From contig JBEBGD010000032.1 in NCBI GenBank assembly GCA_040081625.1, positions 1-51,865 on the forward strand: a stretch of 51,865 nt of DNA, given 5' to 3'. The notes below the pieces were generated by a model, which worked only from the letters and a program-made list of their open reading frames with translations, did not search any database and was not told where the DNA came from. A program made the translations under genes and the position numbers. This document shows, piece by piece, positions 30,124-43,629 of this stretch (positions within the stretch are counted from its first letter, which is position 1; each line of letters opens with the position of its first letter). This DNA comes from Chthoniobacteraceae bacterium (GTDB lineage Bacteria > Verrucomicrobiota > Verrucomicrobiia > Chthoniobacterales > Chthoniobacteraceae).

Positions 30124-30804
30124 ATGCGGATTCTTTTCATCGAAGACTCAGCTGCCTTGCGCAAGCCGGTGGCGAAGGCGCTCAAGGCGTCGGGGTTTGC
30201 CGTGGACGCGACGGGCGATGGTGAGGAGGGGTGGTGGATGGCGCGGGAGCGGGACTACGACGTCATCATTCTCGACATCATGCTGCCGGGACTGGATGGG
30301 CGCGAGGTGTTGAAGCGATTGCGCGAGGCGGGGAATGAAACGCCGGTGCTGTTTCTCACGGCGAAGGATTCGATCGAGGATCGGGTCGCGGGATTGCGGC
30401 TCGGCGCGGATGATTATCTCGTGAAGTCATTCGCCATCGAGGAACTGCTGGCCCGGGTGGAGGCGCTGGGACGGCGCAAATATCAGAAGCGTTCACCCAA
30501 GCTGACGGTCGCGGACCTCGTGCTGGACACGGCTGCGAAGAAGGTGACGCGGGCCGGGCAGGAACTGTCGCTGCCGCCGCAGTTGTTTGCGCTGCTGGAG
30601 TTCCTGATGCTGCGCGCGGGGCGGGTGGTGTCGCGGGCGGAAATCGAGGAACACATCTACGACGAAACGGTCTCGCCGATGAGCAATGTGGTGGACACCG
30701 CAGTCTGCGCGCTGCGCAAGGCCATCGCCATTGCGGAGGACAGCGCGCCGCTGATTCACACGCGGCGCGGCATGGGCTACGTGCTGGAGGAGCCGCGCGA
30801 ATGA
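30124..30804 (+). CDS. OmpR-family response regulator
   Basis: MRILFIED, LDIMLPGLDG, GADDYLVK, SNVVD...IHTRRGMGY. Confidence 0.93.
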   Translation: MRILFIEDSAALRKPVAKALKASGFAVDATGDGEEGWWMARERDYDVIILDIMLPGLDGREVLKRLREAGNETPVLFLTAKDSIEDRVAGLRLGADDYLVKSFAIEELLARVEALGRRKYQKRSPKLTVADLVLDTAAKKVTRAGQELSLPPQLFALLEFLMLRAGRVVSRAEIEEHIYDETVSPMSNVVDTAVCALRKAIAIAEDSAPLIHTRRGMGYVLEEPRE

Positions 30805-32183
30805 AAAGCATCCGCGCGCAATTGCTCTGGTGGCTGCTGCCGGGATTCGTGGCCGTGTGTTTGGCGGCGGGAATCGCGGTGTATGTCTCGGCGGAACATG
30901 GGATGGAAGCGGAGCTGGACAATCGTCTCCGGGGGCTGGCGGGTTCGGCGCGGATGGCGATGGCGAATCTGCCGCGCACGCCGGGCGCATCGGCCCGGCC
31001 GCGGAGAGATGACTGGTTCAATGCCCGGCCTGAGTTCAGCGATGCCGACAGCGGCCACTATTTCCAAATCTGGAACGAGAGCGGCGCAACCGTGCGGAAA
31101 TCTCCCAGCCTCGGTGCGGCTGAGTTGAACCGGCCGCCGGAAACTCCCCGCGAAGGCCTCGTCTATGACAGCACGCTGCCGGATGGCGGGCGCGTCCGTG
31201 TCCGTGCGTTTCGGGGGATGGGCCTCACTGCGGGAGGCGCGACGGATGTCGCCGTCGCGCTCAGCAAACGGGAGATGGATTCGCGCCTCGCGCGGCTCTC
31301 GATGCAACTGGCGCTCGGCGGACTGGCGTGTTGCGCTGTGCTCGCGGGTCTCCTCGCGGTGGCCATCAAGGTGGCGCTGCGCCCGCTGCATCGCGTGGGC
31401 GAGCGCGTGGCGCAAATGGACGCGGCTTCGCTGCGCGAACGTCTGCGCGAGGAAGATGTGCCGGAAGAAATCAGCCCGGTGGTGGCGCGGCTCAATCAAC
31501 TGCTCGCGCGGCTGGAGCAGAGCTTCGAGCGCGAGCGCAGGTTCAGCGGCGACCTCGCGCACGAGTTGCGCACGCCGCTGGCGGCGATTCGTTCCACGGG
31601 CGAAGTCGCGGCGAAATGGCCGGAGCAGGCTTCGACCGAGGACTTCCAGGAAATCGCGCAGACCGCCGCGCGGTTGCAGCAGACCGTGGACAGCCTGCTG
31701 TCGCTTGCGCGGCTCGAAAGCTCCGCCGCGGGAATTGCGCGCGAGCGCACCGACGTCGCAACGCTGGCGGGCGAATGCGCGGCCTTGCAAGCCGACCTCG
31801 CGAAGCAGCGCGGCGTCACGGTCACGCGCGCGGTCGAAGCGGGGCGCGCTGTGGAAACCGACCCGCGGCTGCTGCGCATCATCCTCGCGAATATGACCGC
31901 CAATGCCGTCGAGTATGCGCCGGCGGGCAGCGAGGTCGTCATCGGCGGTGGCGACGCCGACGTGATCCTGCAAGTCGCCAATCGCGCGCCGAATCTGACC
32001 GCCGCCGACCTGCCGCACCTCTTCGAGCGCCTCTGGCGCAAGGACAGCGCGCGCACCGACGGCAACCACGCGGGGCTGGGCCTTTCGATTGCACACGCGG
32101 CCGCAGAAGCGCTCGGCTTCACACTCACGGCGGAACTCGGCGACGACGGCGTTTTGCGCATGACCGTGCGGGCAAAAAAATGA
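30801..32183 (+). CDS. Sensor histidine kinase (QseC/CusS-like)
   Basis: Two TMs with a periplasmic domain, HAMP, AHELRTPL, NAVEY, GLGLSI; ATGA overlap with the regulator. Confidence 0.92.
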   Translation: MKSIRAQLLWWLLPGFVAVCLAAGIAVYVSAEHGMEAELDNRLRGLAGSARMAMANLPRTPGASARPRRDDWFNARPEFSDADSGHYFQIWNESGATVRKSPSLGAAELNRPPETPREGLVYDSTLPDGGRVRVRAFRGMGLTAGGATDVAVALSKREMDSRLARLSMQLALGGLACCAVLAGLLAVAIKVALRPLHRVGERVAQMDAASLRERLREEDVPEEISPVVARLNQLLARLEQSFERERRFSGDLAHELRTPLAAIRSTGEVAAKWPEQASTEDFQEIAQTAARLQQTVDSLLSLARLESSAAGIARERTDVATLAGECAALQADLAKQRGVTVTRAVEAGRAVETDPRLLRIILANMTANAVEYAPAGSEVVIGGGDADVILQVANRAPNLTAADLPHLFERLWRKDSARTDGNHAGLGLSIAHAAAEALGFTLTAELGDDGVLRMTVRAKK

Positions 32184-32191
32184 TCGCCGCG

Positions 32192-32213
32192 CTCATGTTC
32201 CGCTCATGTGGGA
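32192..32213 (+). promoter_or_regulatory. 11-bp tandem CTCAT repeat, putative response-regulator box
   Basis: CTCATGTTCCG-CTCATGTGGGA, 16 bp upstream of ATG 32230. Confidence 0.55.
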
Positions 32214-32229
32214 GTGGGAAGATGTGCGC

Positions 32230-35196
<2,967 letters not shown>

Positions 35197-35216
35197 CCGC
35201 CTGCTTTCCGCACCAC

Positions 35217-36644
<1,428 letters not shown>

Positions 36645-36698
36645 CTGTGGCCGTCCAACTTCCAGCAATCACATCAAACCATTTACCTGCCGAATCGC

Positions 36699-37463
36699 AT
36701 GACCTCTGAATTCCTCCGCCAACTTCCGTTCCCCGCCGCCTACGATCGCCGCCGCTTCCTCTCGCGCGTCGGGATTGCCGCCGCTGGGTTTTTCACCGCG
36801 CCGGGCTTGTTCGCCGAGCAACTCGCCGCAACCGCGCCGATGATGGAAGGTCCGTTTTATCCGGACAAGATGCCGCTGGATACCGACAACGATCTGCTGA
36901 TCCTCAACGACTCGATCACTCCAGCCGTCGGAGAAATCACCCACTTGTCAGGCCGCGTCCTTTCAAAGTCCGGCGCACCGGTGCGCAACGCCTTCGTCGA
37001 GATCTGGCAGGTGGACAGCAAGGGCATCTACCTGCACAGCGGCGACGCAGAGCGAGTCCGCGAACGGGATGCGAATTTCCAAGGCTATGGCCGCTTCCTG
37101 ACCGATGCGGATGGACGCTACTATTTCCGCACCATCAAGCCGGTGCCCTACACCTCGAATGGGATTCATCGCACGCCCCACATTCATTTCGGAATCAGTG
37201 CGGGCGGCAAACGGGTCTTCACCACGCAGATGCTGATCAACCGGCACCCCGACAACGCCGATGACATTCTCTTCAAGCGCATCGCCGACCCGCTGGCGCA
37301 GAAGACACTGCTGGTGGACTACAAGCCGATTCCCGGCTCGAAGCTCGGCGAGCTTTCCGCGGAATTCGACATCGTGATGGGCCACACGGTGGAAGAGCTG
37401 GGCGACGGTTCCATCCGGGGAATCGGAAAGAAGCTGGGCGGCGGGCAGCGCCCTATCCGCTGA
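36699..37463 (+). CDS. Intradiol ring-cleavage dioxygenase-family protein (Tat signal)
   Basis: DRRRFL, EGPFYP, VEIWQVD..GIY, FRTIKPVPY, RTPHIHF (2 Tyr/2 His Fe ligands present). Confidence 0.87.
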   Translation: MTSEFLRQLPFPAAYDRRRFLSRVGIAAAGFFTAPGLFAEQLAATAPMMEGPFYPDKMPLDTDNDLLILNDSITPAVGEITHLSGRVLSKSGAPVRNAFVEIWQVDSKGIYLHSGDAERVRERDANFQGYGRFLTDADGRYYFRTIKPVPYTSNGIHRTPHIHFGISAGGKRVFTTQMLINRHPDNADDILFKRIADPLAQKTLLVDYKPIPGSKLGELSAEFDIVMGHTVEELGDGSIRGIGKKLGGGQRPIR

Positions 37464-37525
37464 GGATGTAGCTGGCGAGCATTCAGTCGGAACTTTGATC
37501 TTTCGCTGATCGTTGGCGGCACTCG

Positions 37526-37684
37526 ATGCCCACCCTCGATGGAAAGACGCGCATCCACGACTGGCACGCGGCCCTCCTTCACGTGCCCGGCCTCGATCAC
37601 GAAAGGCTCACCTACCGCTACACGGGGCGCGACATTCGCCTGAGCGATGCTTACGGTCGCGTCGTCCACGACATCCTCGCATGA
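37526..37684 (+). pseudogene. 3'-terminal remnant of a DUF1501 gene
   Basis: Manual translation MPTLDGKTRIHDWHAALLHVPGLDHERLTYRYTGRDIRLSDAYGRVVHDILA* matches the C-termini of both intact DUF1501 genes. Its TGA overlaps the next ATG. Confidence 0.85.
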
Positions 37685-38571
37685 AAAAAATCGCCCTCCT
37701 CTTCGCCCTCGCCCTCACCGCTCGCGCCGAGCTAACCGAGCAACAGCGCCAGGTCCCGCTCGAACAGGACTCGCCCGACCCGAAGCTTGCGAAGATCGTC
37801 CTGCTCGCGGGCAGCGTGAGCAACAAGCCGGGGCAGCACGAATACTTCGCCGGCTGCGCGATGATGATGCAGTGGCTCAAGCAAACGCCCGGCGTGTGGC
37901 CGGTGATGGCCGCGGAAGGCTGGCCGCAAAATGAAGCGATCCTTGATGGCGCGAAAGCGGTGGTCGTCTTCGCCGACGGCGGGGCGAAGCTGCCCTTCCT
38001 CGATCCCGCGCGCTGGGAGAAGATGCACGGCTTGATGAGCAAGGGCGCGGGCCTCGTGATGCTGCATCAGGCCATTGATGTGCCGGCGGATCGCGCGGAG
38101 GAGATAAAGGCGTGGGCGGGCGCGGTGTGGCAGGGCGACATCGGCAGCCGCGGACATTGGGACATGGAGTTCACCGAGTTTCCGAAGCACGCGATCACGC
38201 GCGGCGTCACCGCGTTCGCCGCGCCGTTCGATGGATGGCTTTTCAATCTGCACTTCGCCCCGGGTGCGGTGCCGGTGCTCTGCGGCATGGTGCCGGACAA
38301 GAACCGCTCGACCGCCGACGCGAAGTCGCACGCGGGCCGCGCGGAGGTGATCGCGTGGGCTTATGAGCGCGCGAATGGCGGGCGCGCGTTCGGCTTCACC
38401 GGCGCAGATCTGCACAAGAATTGGATCGCCGAAAGCCAGCGCCGGCTCGTCACGAACGGCATCCTCTGGAGCGCGAAGATCGACGTGCCGGAGGCCGGAG
38501 CGCCCGCGCCGATGACGCCCGCGCAGCTCGCGGCGAACCTCGACGCAAAGCCGGCGAAACCGAAGCCGTAG
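37681..38571 (+). CDS. Secreted ThuA-like (class I GATase-fold) protein
   Basis: Start MKKIALLFALAL. KIVLLAG...HEYFAGC, GAGLVMLH, AWAYERANGGRAFGFTG...RRLVTNGILW. Confidence 0.8.
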   Translation: MKKIALLFALALTARAELTEQQRQVPLEQDSPDPKLAKIVLLAGSVSNKPGQHEYFAGCAMMMQWLKQTPGVWPVMAAEGWPQNEAILDGAKAVVVFADGGAKLPFLDPARWEKMHGLMSKGAGLVMLHQAIDVPADRAEEIKAWAGAVWQGDIGSRGHWDMEFTEFPKHAITRGVTAFAAPFDGWLFNLHFAPGAVPVLCGMVPDKNRSTADAKSHAGRAEVIAWAYERANGGRAFGFTGADLHKNWIAESQRRLVTNGILWSAKIDVPEAGAPAPMTPAQLAANLDAKPAKPKP

Positions 38572-41454
38572 CTACGGAGTCGGCTTGTAGCTCACGCTGC
38601 CGGTCTGCGTCGCGTCGGGGAAGAGGCCGACGCCTTCGTTCGTCTTGCGGAGAATCACACCGCGATATGTGCGCTTCGTTCCGCCGGTCGGCGTGAATGC
38701 GCCGGAGAAGACTCCGCTCGTGCGGCTCAACTTCAACGTCATGGCGGCGTTGAGCGGTGGCTCGAGCGTGATCCTGTCGTTCGCTGCGACGCGCACTTTC
38801 TGCATCACCGCCGCGCCGAGATCGCCATCGGTGAAGACGAAGTCGGCGAACGGCATGGCCGGGTCGGGGAACGTGAGCGTGCGCATGCCGGCTGGCTTTG
38901 CGATGAAACGATGGCCGTCGCTGGAGATCATGATGTCGAAGCCCGCGTTGAAGAGCGGGGTCGGGGTGACTTGCATCGGCTTCACCTGGCGGAAGTTCGC
39001 CGTCGCATCAGAGCCGGCGAGCATCGCGAACGTGATCGTTCCGCTGAACGAACCTTTCGGATTGCGGTAGAGCCGCGCATTCACGACGGCGGTGCCATCG
39101 ACGCGCAGCCGGCTGCTGAACAGCGCGCGCGTCGCGTCCGGGAGCACGCCGGAGAAGCGCAGCCTCGCGCTCGAGCTGAGCGTCATCGTGAGCCAGCCGG
39201 TGCCGTGCGGCTCGGTCGCGCCGGGACTGCCAGGCAGGCGGAAATTGTAGCGGCCCGCGGGCGCATCCGGCAGTGCGCGTGTGGCGAAGGCGGCGACCGG
39301 TGCGACGACGTAGGCGGGCGCGTCGCCAGTCGCGCCGCCGCTCACCGTCGCGAGTCCGCCGGGGTTGGTGAAGTCGAGCATGAGCACGAGATCGGGCAGG
39401 CCCGTGCGGCGAAACGCCTGCGTGAATTTGCGGTCAAAGCCGGCGCTGCCATTGAGCGTGAACGCCTTCCCATTGATCACGAACCGGCCATGCACCGAGC
39501 CATTCGAGCCGAGCGAGACGGTGATCGTGCCGACGATCACGCCGCCTTGCGTCACGTCGGTCTGATACTGCCCGCGCACGACGAAGAACGGGTTGTTCAC
39601 CGTCACCGTCGCGGTGTCCATGCCGCCGCGTCCGTCGCTGATCGTGTAGGTGAAGGTGTCGGTGCCGTCGAACGTCGCGAACGGCGCGAAGGTGACGTAG
39701 CTCGCTGTGAAAGCGACGCGGCCTTCCGCGCCTTGTGTGACGGCGACGATCGTGAGCCGGTCGCCGTCGGGATCGGTGTCGTTGTCGAGCACCGGCAGGC
39801 GCGTGCCGGTGCGGATGTTGAGCGCGTCGTCCATCGCGACGGGCGGAGTATTCGGCCCGAGGTCGTCGGTGAGATCGGCCACGAGCACGGCCTGGTTCGG
39901 CACGGGGCCGTCCGCGGTGATGAGGAAGGCGAGCTTGTCGTTGTCGCTGAGCGCGCGTGTGCGGCCGTCCTCGTCGGCGCCTGCGTTGAGTCCGCCGGCG
40001 AGCGGCGATATCCCGAGCACCGTGCGCGAGATACCGCCGAGCACGATCGTGTCGCCTTCGATCATCACGAGCTGGAGCGTGCCGTTCGTGTCGGTCGCCC
40101 AGACGGAATCGACGCCGCCACTTCCCGCCGCGCCGACACGCGCGCGAAAGGCGACTTCACCGAGTGCGTTGAGTTGCAGAGCGCGAATGTCGAAGTCGAG
40201 GAACACCTGCCCGGCGGGCAAGCCGGGCGCTTGCATGCCGGATTGCGCGATGAGTGTGAACGCGCCCGGCGTGCCGGCCCAGATCCCCTGCGGTCCCGCG
40301 AAGCCGAGCACGGCGTCGAGGTTCACCTGCACTGCGATTGCGCCGCCGTGATTGATCAGCACGGAGTCGAAGTCGTTGATCGGCGAGAAGGCGCCCGGCA
40401 GCGTCTGGCCCTGCCGCAGCAACAGCGCCGGCGCGCCGCCCGCGGTCGAGAGCCATGCGCAGTTCGGGTTCGCCGGCGAGGCGCCCGCGGCGTCCTCGAT
40501 CGTGCCGGTGAAAATGAAGTCGGCCGCGTCGTTGAACCCCTGCGGCAGGAAGGACTGGTAGCGCAGCCCCGCGCCGACGCCGGGCGCCGTGCTGCCGCGC
40601 CGGGCGAAAAGGTCCACGCTGCCCGCCGGCCCGATGAAGAGCGCGCGGTTGTTGAGCGAAGTCACGCCCGCGCCGGAGAGCGCCGTGCGATACGCGGCAT
40701 TGCCTGCGCCGTTGAAGAGCGTGTCGATGAATAGGCTGTCCACGGCCTCCTGCGCGTAGAGCGCGCCGCCGCAGTTCGGAGCGATCGCGCCTTCGCGCGC
40801 GACGCGCAGCGGGGAGAAGGGCGAACCGGCGAGCAGCGCGTCGTTGTCGGTCGCCGTCGCGCCGCCGCCGAGCAGCGCCTTGAACGCGATCTGGCCGGCG
40901 TGATTTGCGAGGATGCGCTGGTTGACCGGTGCGAAGAAAACCGACTGAAAGATCCAGTTCGGCGCGTAATCCTCGCCCATGCCCGGCGCAGGATCGCTCT
41001 CCTGCGCCACCGCGCGGAGCTGCGTCGGTGTGCCGAAGTAGAGCACGCCATCGCTGGTCTCATCGATGCCCGGTCCCGTGACGCCGAGCGCGAAGCCGAC
41101 GCGCCCGCCGGGCCGCGCAATCGCATTCACGAGCGTGTTGCGATACGTCACGCCGCCGCCGAATCCCGGAGCGGGCCGCGTCTCGCGCGCGACGAGCTGG
41201 AGACTTGTCGCCGTCGTGCCGAGGAAGACGCCGGTGTTGTTGCCGCCGTTCAGCCCGGTGCCCGTCGCGTCGGAGACGAAGAGAGTCTGTCCCTCCGGCG
41301 TGATCCGTGGCTCGGTGAAGGTCGAGAATTTCGCACCGCCGCCGAACGACGTCGCCGTCTGCCCGGTGCGGGCGAGGATGGAGATGGTGACATCCGCTTT
41401 CGAGCCGCAGGTCAAAGCCACGAAGCTCGCGATGATGAGGGCGCGCAAGTTCAT
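38572..41454 (-). CDS. Large secreted/surface protein: NxxGxxAF repeats + Ig/cadherin-like domain + C-terminal beta-rich region
   Basis: Start MNLRALII at 41454. Repeats NHAGQIAF, NGAGNAAY, NHGGAIAV, NALGEVAF; NTPPVAMDD...VLDNDTDPDGD...DTFTYTISDG. Confidence 0.8.
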   Translation of the reverse strand: MNLRALIIASFVALTCGSKADVTISILARTGQTATSFGGGAKFSTFTEPRITPEGQTLFVSDATGTGLNGGNNTGVFLGTTATSLQLVARETRPAPGFGGGVTYRNTLVNAIARPGGRVGFALGVTGPGIDETSDGVLYFGTPTQLRAVAQESDPAPGMGEDYAPNWIFQSVFFAPVNQRILANHAGQIAFKALLGGGATATDNDALLAGSPFSPLRVAREGAIAPNCGGALYAQEAVDSLFIDTLFNGAGNAAYRTALSGAGVTSLNNRALFIGPAGSVDLFARRGSTAPGVGAGLRYQSFLPQGFNDAADFIFTGTIEDAAGASPANPNCAWLSTAGGAPALLLRQGQTLPGAFSPINDFDSVLINHGGAIAVQVNLDAVLGFAGPQGIWAGTPGAFTLIAQSGMQAPGLPAGQVFLDFDIRALQLNALGEVAFRARVGAAGSGGVDSVWATDTNGTLQLVMIEGDTIVLGGISRTVLGISPLAGGLNAGADEDGRTRALSDNDKLAFLITADGPVPNQAVLVADLTDDLGPNTPPVAMDDALNIRTGTRLPVLDNDTDPDGDRLTIVAVTQGAEGRVAFTASYVTFAPFATFDGTDTFTYTISDGRGGMDTATVTVNNPFFVVRGQYQTDVTQGGVIVGTITVSLGSNGSVHGRFVINGKAFTLNGSAGFDRKFTQAFRRTGLPDLVLMLDFTNPGGLATVSGGATGDAPAYVVAPVAAFATRALPDAPAGRYNFRLPGSPGATEPHGTGWLTMTLSSSARLRFSGVLPDATRALFSSRLRVDGTAVVNARLYRNPKGSFSGTITFAMLAGSDATANFRQVKPMQVTPTPLFNAGFDIMISSDGHRFIAKPAGMRTLTFPDPAMPFADFVFTDGDLGAAVMQKVRVAANDRITLEPPLNAAMTLKLSRTSGVFSGAFTPTGGTKRTYRGVILRKTNEGVGLFPDATQTGSVSYKPTP

Positions 41455-41497
41455 GCCGGGAAGCTGCGGCGCAATCGCGCGCGGGCAAGCGGGGAGT

Positions 41498-42121
41498 TCA
41501 TGGCAGCGGCGCGGGCGGCGCGGCGAACTCAATCTCGTAGCCGGGCTCGAATTGCTCGCGCAGCCGTTTCTGGAACGTCGAGAGCGCCTCGACCGTAAGG
41601 CCGGTCTGCGCGGCTTTTTCGCGCGCGAGCGCGGGGAGCGCGCGCAACTCGGTCTCGAGTTCGCTCGACTGGATCTTGTTCCAAAGGCCGTTCTCGAGCG
41701 CGAGCACCTCGGTGTTCTTCGGGTCGGCGCTGAGGATTTTCGCGGGCGGCAGCTCGATGCGCAGCCGGCGGCCCTCGATGCGCACCGAGAGGTGTTCGCG
41801 CAGGTCGAAGCCGGCCTTAACGACATACGTGCCGCGGAGGCGGATGCGCTTTTTGCTGCCGAGCCAGTCGTGTTCGAACTCGCGCTCGACGGCGGTCTCG
41901 CGGGTGACGACGGCGAGTTCGAGCGCGTCCTTCGTCTGCTCGAAGACGACATGATCGCGCACGGTGATCTGCGGCTGCACCTGCGCGACTTCGCGGAAGA
42001 TGCGGACGACATCCGAAGCGATGCGCCCCGGCGCGGAGACGGTGCGCTCGCAAGTCCATAGCCCCGCGCCGAGCAGCGCGATGAAGGCGATGAGAACAAC
42101 CGCTTTCCAGTTCAAGCGCAT
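41498..42121 (-). CDS. DUF4230-like membrane-anchored protein
   Basis: N-terminal TM; VVKAGFDL...IELPPAKILS pattern. Confidence 0.7.
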   Translation of the reverse strand: MRLNWKAVVLIAFIALLGAGLWTCERTVSAPGRIASDVVRIFREVAQVQPQITVRDHVVFEQTKDALELAVVTRETAVEREFEHDWLGSKKRIRLRGTYVVKAGFDLREHLSVRIEGRRLRIELPPAKILSADPKNTEVLALENGLWNKIQSSELETELRALPALAREKAAQTGLTVEALSTFQKRLREQFEPGYEIEFAAPPAPLP

Positions 42122-42125
42122 CGGC

Positions 42126-43553
42126 TCACCCTTCCGCGCTGCGCAGGCGCAGGAACTTGAAGAACTCCGCGCCTTCGCGGAGGCGGCGTTTCATCACGTC
42201 GAAGTCGCCGAGCATCTCGCCGACCATGCGGGCGATGGGGCGCGGGCGGAAGTAGTAGGCTTTGTAGAAACGCTCGACGGCGCGGAAGATTTCGTCGCGG
42301 CTGAGGCCGTCGTATTCGAGCGCGGCGAGTTGCTCGCCGTGGTCGCCGATGAGGTCGGCGCCCTCGCGCAGCCAGCCGTTTTCCTTGGCCTGCCGGTAGA
42401 GCTCGGTGCCGGGGTAGGGAGCGGCGAGGGAGACCTGGATGGAGAAGACGTCGAGCTCCTTCGCGAACTCGACGGTCTGGCGGATCGTCTCGGGCGTCTC
42501 GCCGGGCAGGCCGAGGATGAAGGTGCCGTGGATGGTGATGCCCAGTTCGCGGCAGTGCTTCGTGAACTCGCGCGCTTCCTCGAGGCGGATGCCTTTCTTG
42601 ATGTTGTCGAGGATCTGCTGGTTGCCGCTTTCGTAGCCGACGAGCAGCAGGCGCAGACCGTTGTCGCGCATCGTTTCGAGCGTCTCGCGGTTCACGTTCG
42701 CGCGGGCGTTGCAGCTCCAGGTGATGCCGAGTTTGCCGATGAGTTTCGCGATCTCGCGGGCGCGGGGCTGGTAGGCGGTGAAGGTGTCGTCGTCGAAAAA
42801 GAACTCCTTCACCTGCGGGAAGAGCCGCCGCGCGTGGGCCATCTCGCGGGCGACGTTTTCCGGCGAGCGCGCGCGGTATTTATTTCCGCCGACGGTCTGC
42901 GGCCACAGGCAGAAGCTGCACTGCGCGGGGCAACCGCGGCCGGTGTAGTGGGAGACGTAGGGGTGCTTCAGGTAGCCGATGAAGTAGCGCTCGATCTCGA
43001 GATCGCGTGCATACACGTCCATGACGCTCGGCAGTTCATCGAAGTTCTGGATCATCGCGCGCTCGGGATTGTGCGTGATCTTCCCGTCGCGGCGGAAGCT
43101 GAGACCGGGGATGTCGGCGAGCGGCAGGCCGGCGGCCACGTCGCGGCACGTGTAGTCGAATTCTTTTCGACCGACGAAGTCGATCGCCTCGCTCGCGGCG
43201 AGCGTTTCGTCGGGCATCACCGCGGCTTGGGCGCCGACGAGGCCGACGAGCATGTCGGGCTTCATGGACTTGATGGACTCCGCGAGCCGCGCGTCGCCGC
43301 GCAAGGTCGGCGCGCTCGTGTGGATGACGACCAGTTCGTAGTCGCGCGCGATTCGCAGAACGTCATCGACGCTCTGCTCGTGCGGCGGCGCATCGACCAG
43401 CCGCGAGCCCTCGATGAGCGCCGCGGGCTGCGCGAGCCATGTCGGAAACCAGAACGAACGAATCTCCCGCCGCGCCTGATACCGCGCGCCGGCGCCGCCA
43501 TCGAAGCCCTGCCAACTCGGCGGATTGACGAAGAGCGATTTGCGGAAAGTCAC
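42126..43553 (-). CDS. hpnJ: Hopanoid-associated B12-binding-like radical SAM protein HpnJ
   Basis: NPPSWQGFDGGAGARYQARREIRSFWFPTWLAQPAA, GRGCPAQCSFCLWPQT (CxxxCxxC), FFDDDTFT, SLAAPYPGT. Confidence 0.9.
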   Translation of the reverse strand: MTFRKSLFVNPPSWQGFDGGAGARYQARREIRSFWFPTWLAQPAALIEGSRLVDAPPHEQSVDDVLRIARDYELVVIHTSAPTLRGDARLAESIKSMKPDMLVGLVGAQAAVMPDETLAASEAIDFVGRKEFDYTCRDVAAGLPLADIPGLSFRRDGKITHNPERAMIQNFDELPSVMDVYARDLEIERYFIGYLKHPYVSHYTGRGCPAQCSFCLWPQTVGGNKYRARSPENVAREMAHARRLFPQVKEFFFDDDTFTAYQPRAREIAKLIGKLGITWSCNARANVNRETLETMRDNGLRLLLVGYESGNQQILDNIKKGIRLEEAREFTKHCRELGITIHGTFILGLPGETPETIRQTVEFAKELDVFSIQVSLAAPYPGTELYRQAKENGWLREGADLIGDHGEQLAALEYDGLSRDEIFRAVERFYKAYYFRPRPIARMVGEMLGDFDVMKRRLREGAEFFKFLRLRSAEG

Positions 43554-43629
43554 GCGCGGCTCTTATCCGGCCCGCTGGCGAAAGCAACGGTTGACCAGTT
43601 TGCCTCGATTCTCTACCCTCCGCGCCTCC

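Noticed and set aside
41455..42099. N-terminal extension of the 1175-aa ORF
   Set aside because: It is an off-frame overlap with the DUF4230-like gene; the signal peptide begins at 41454.
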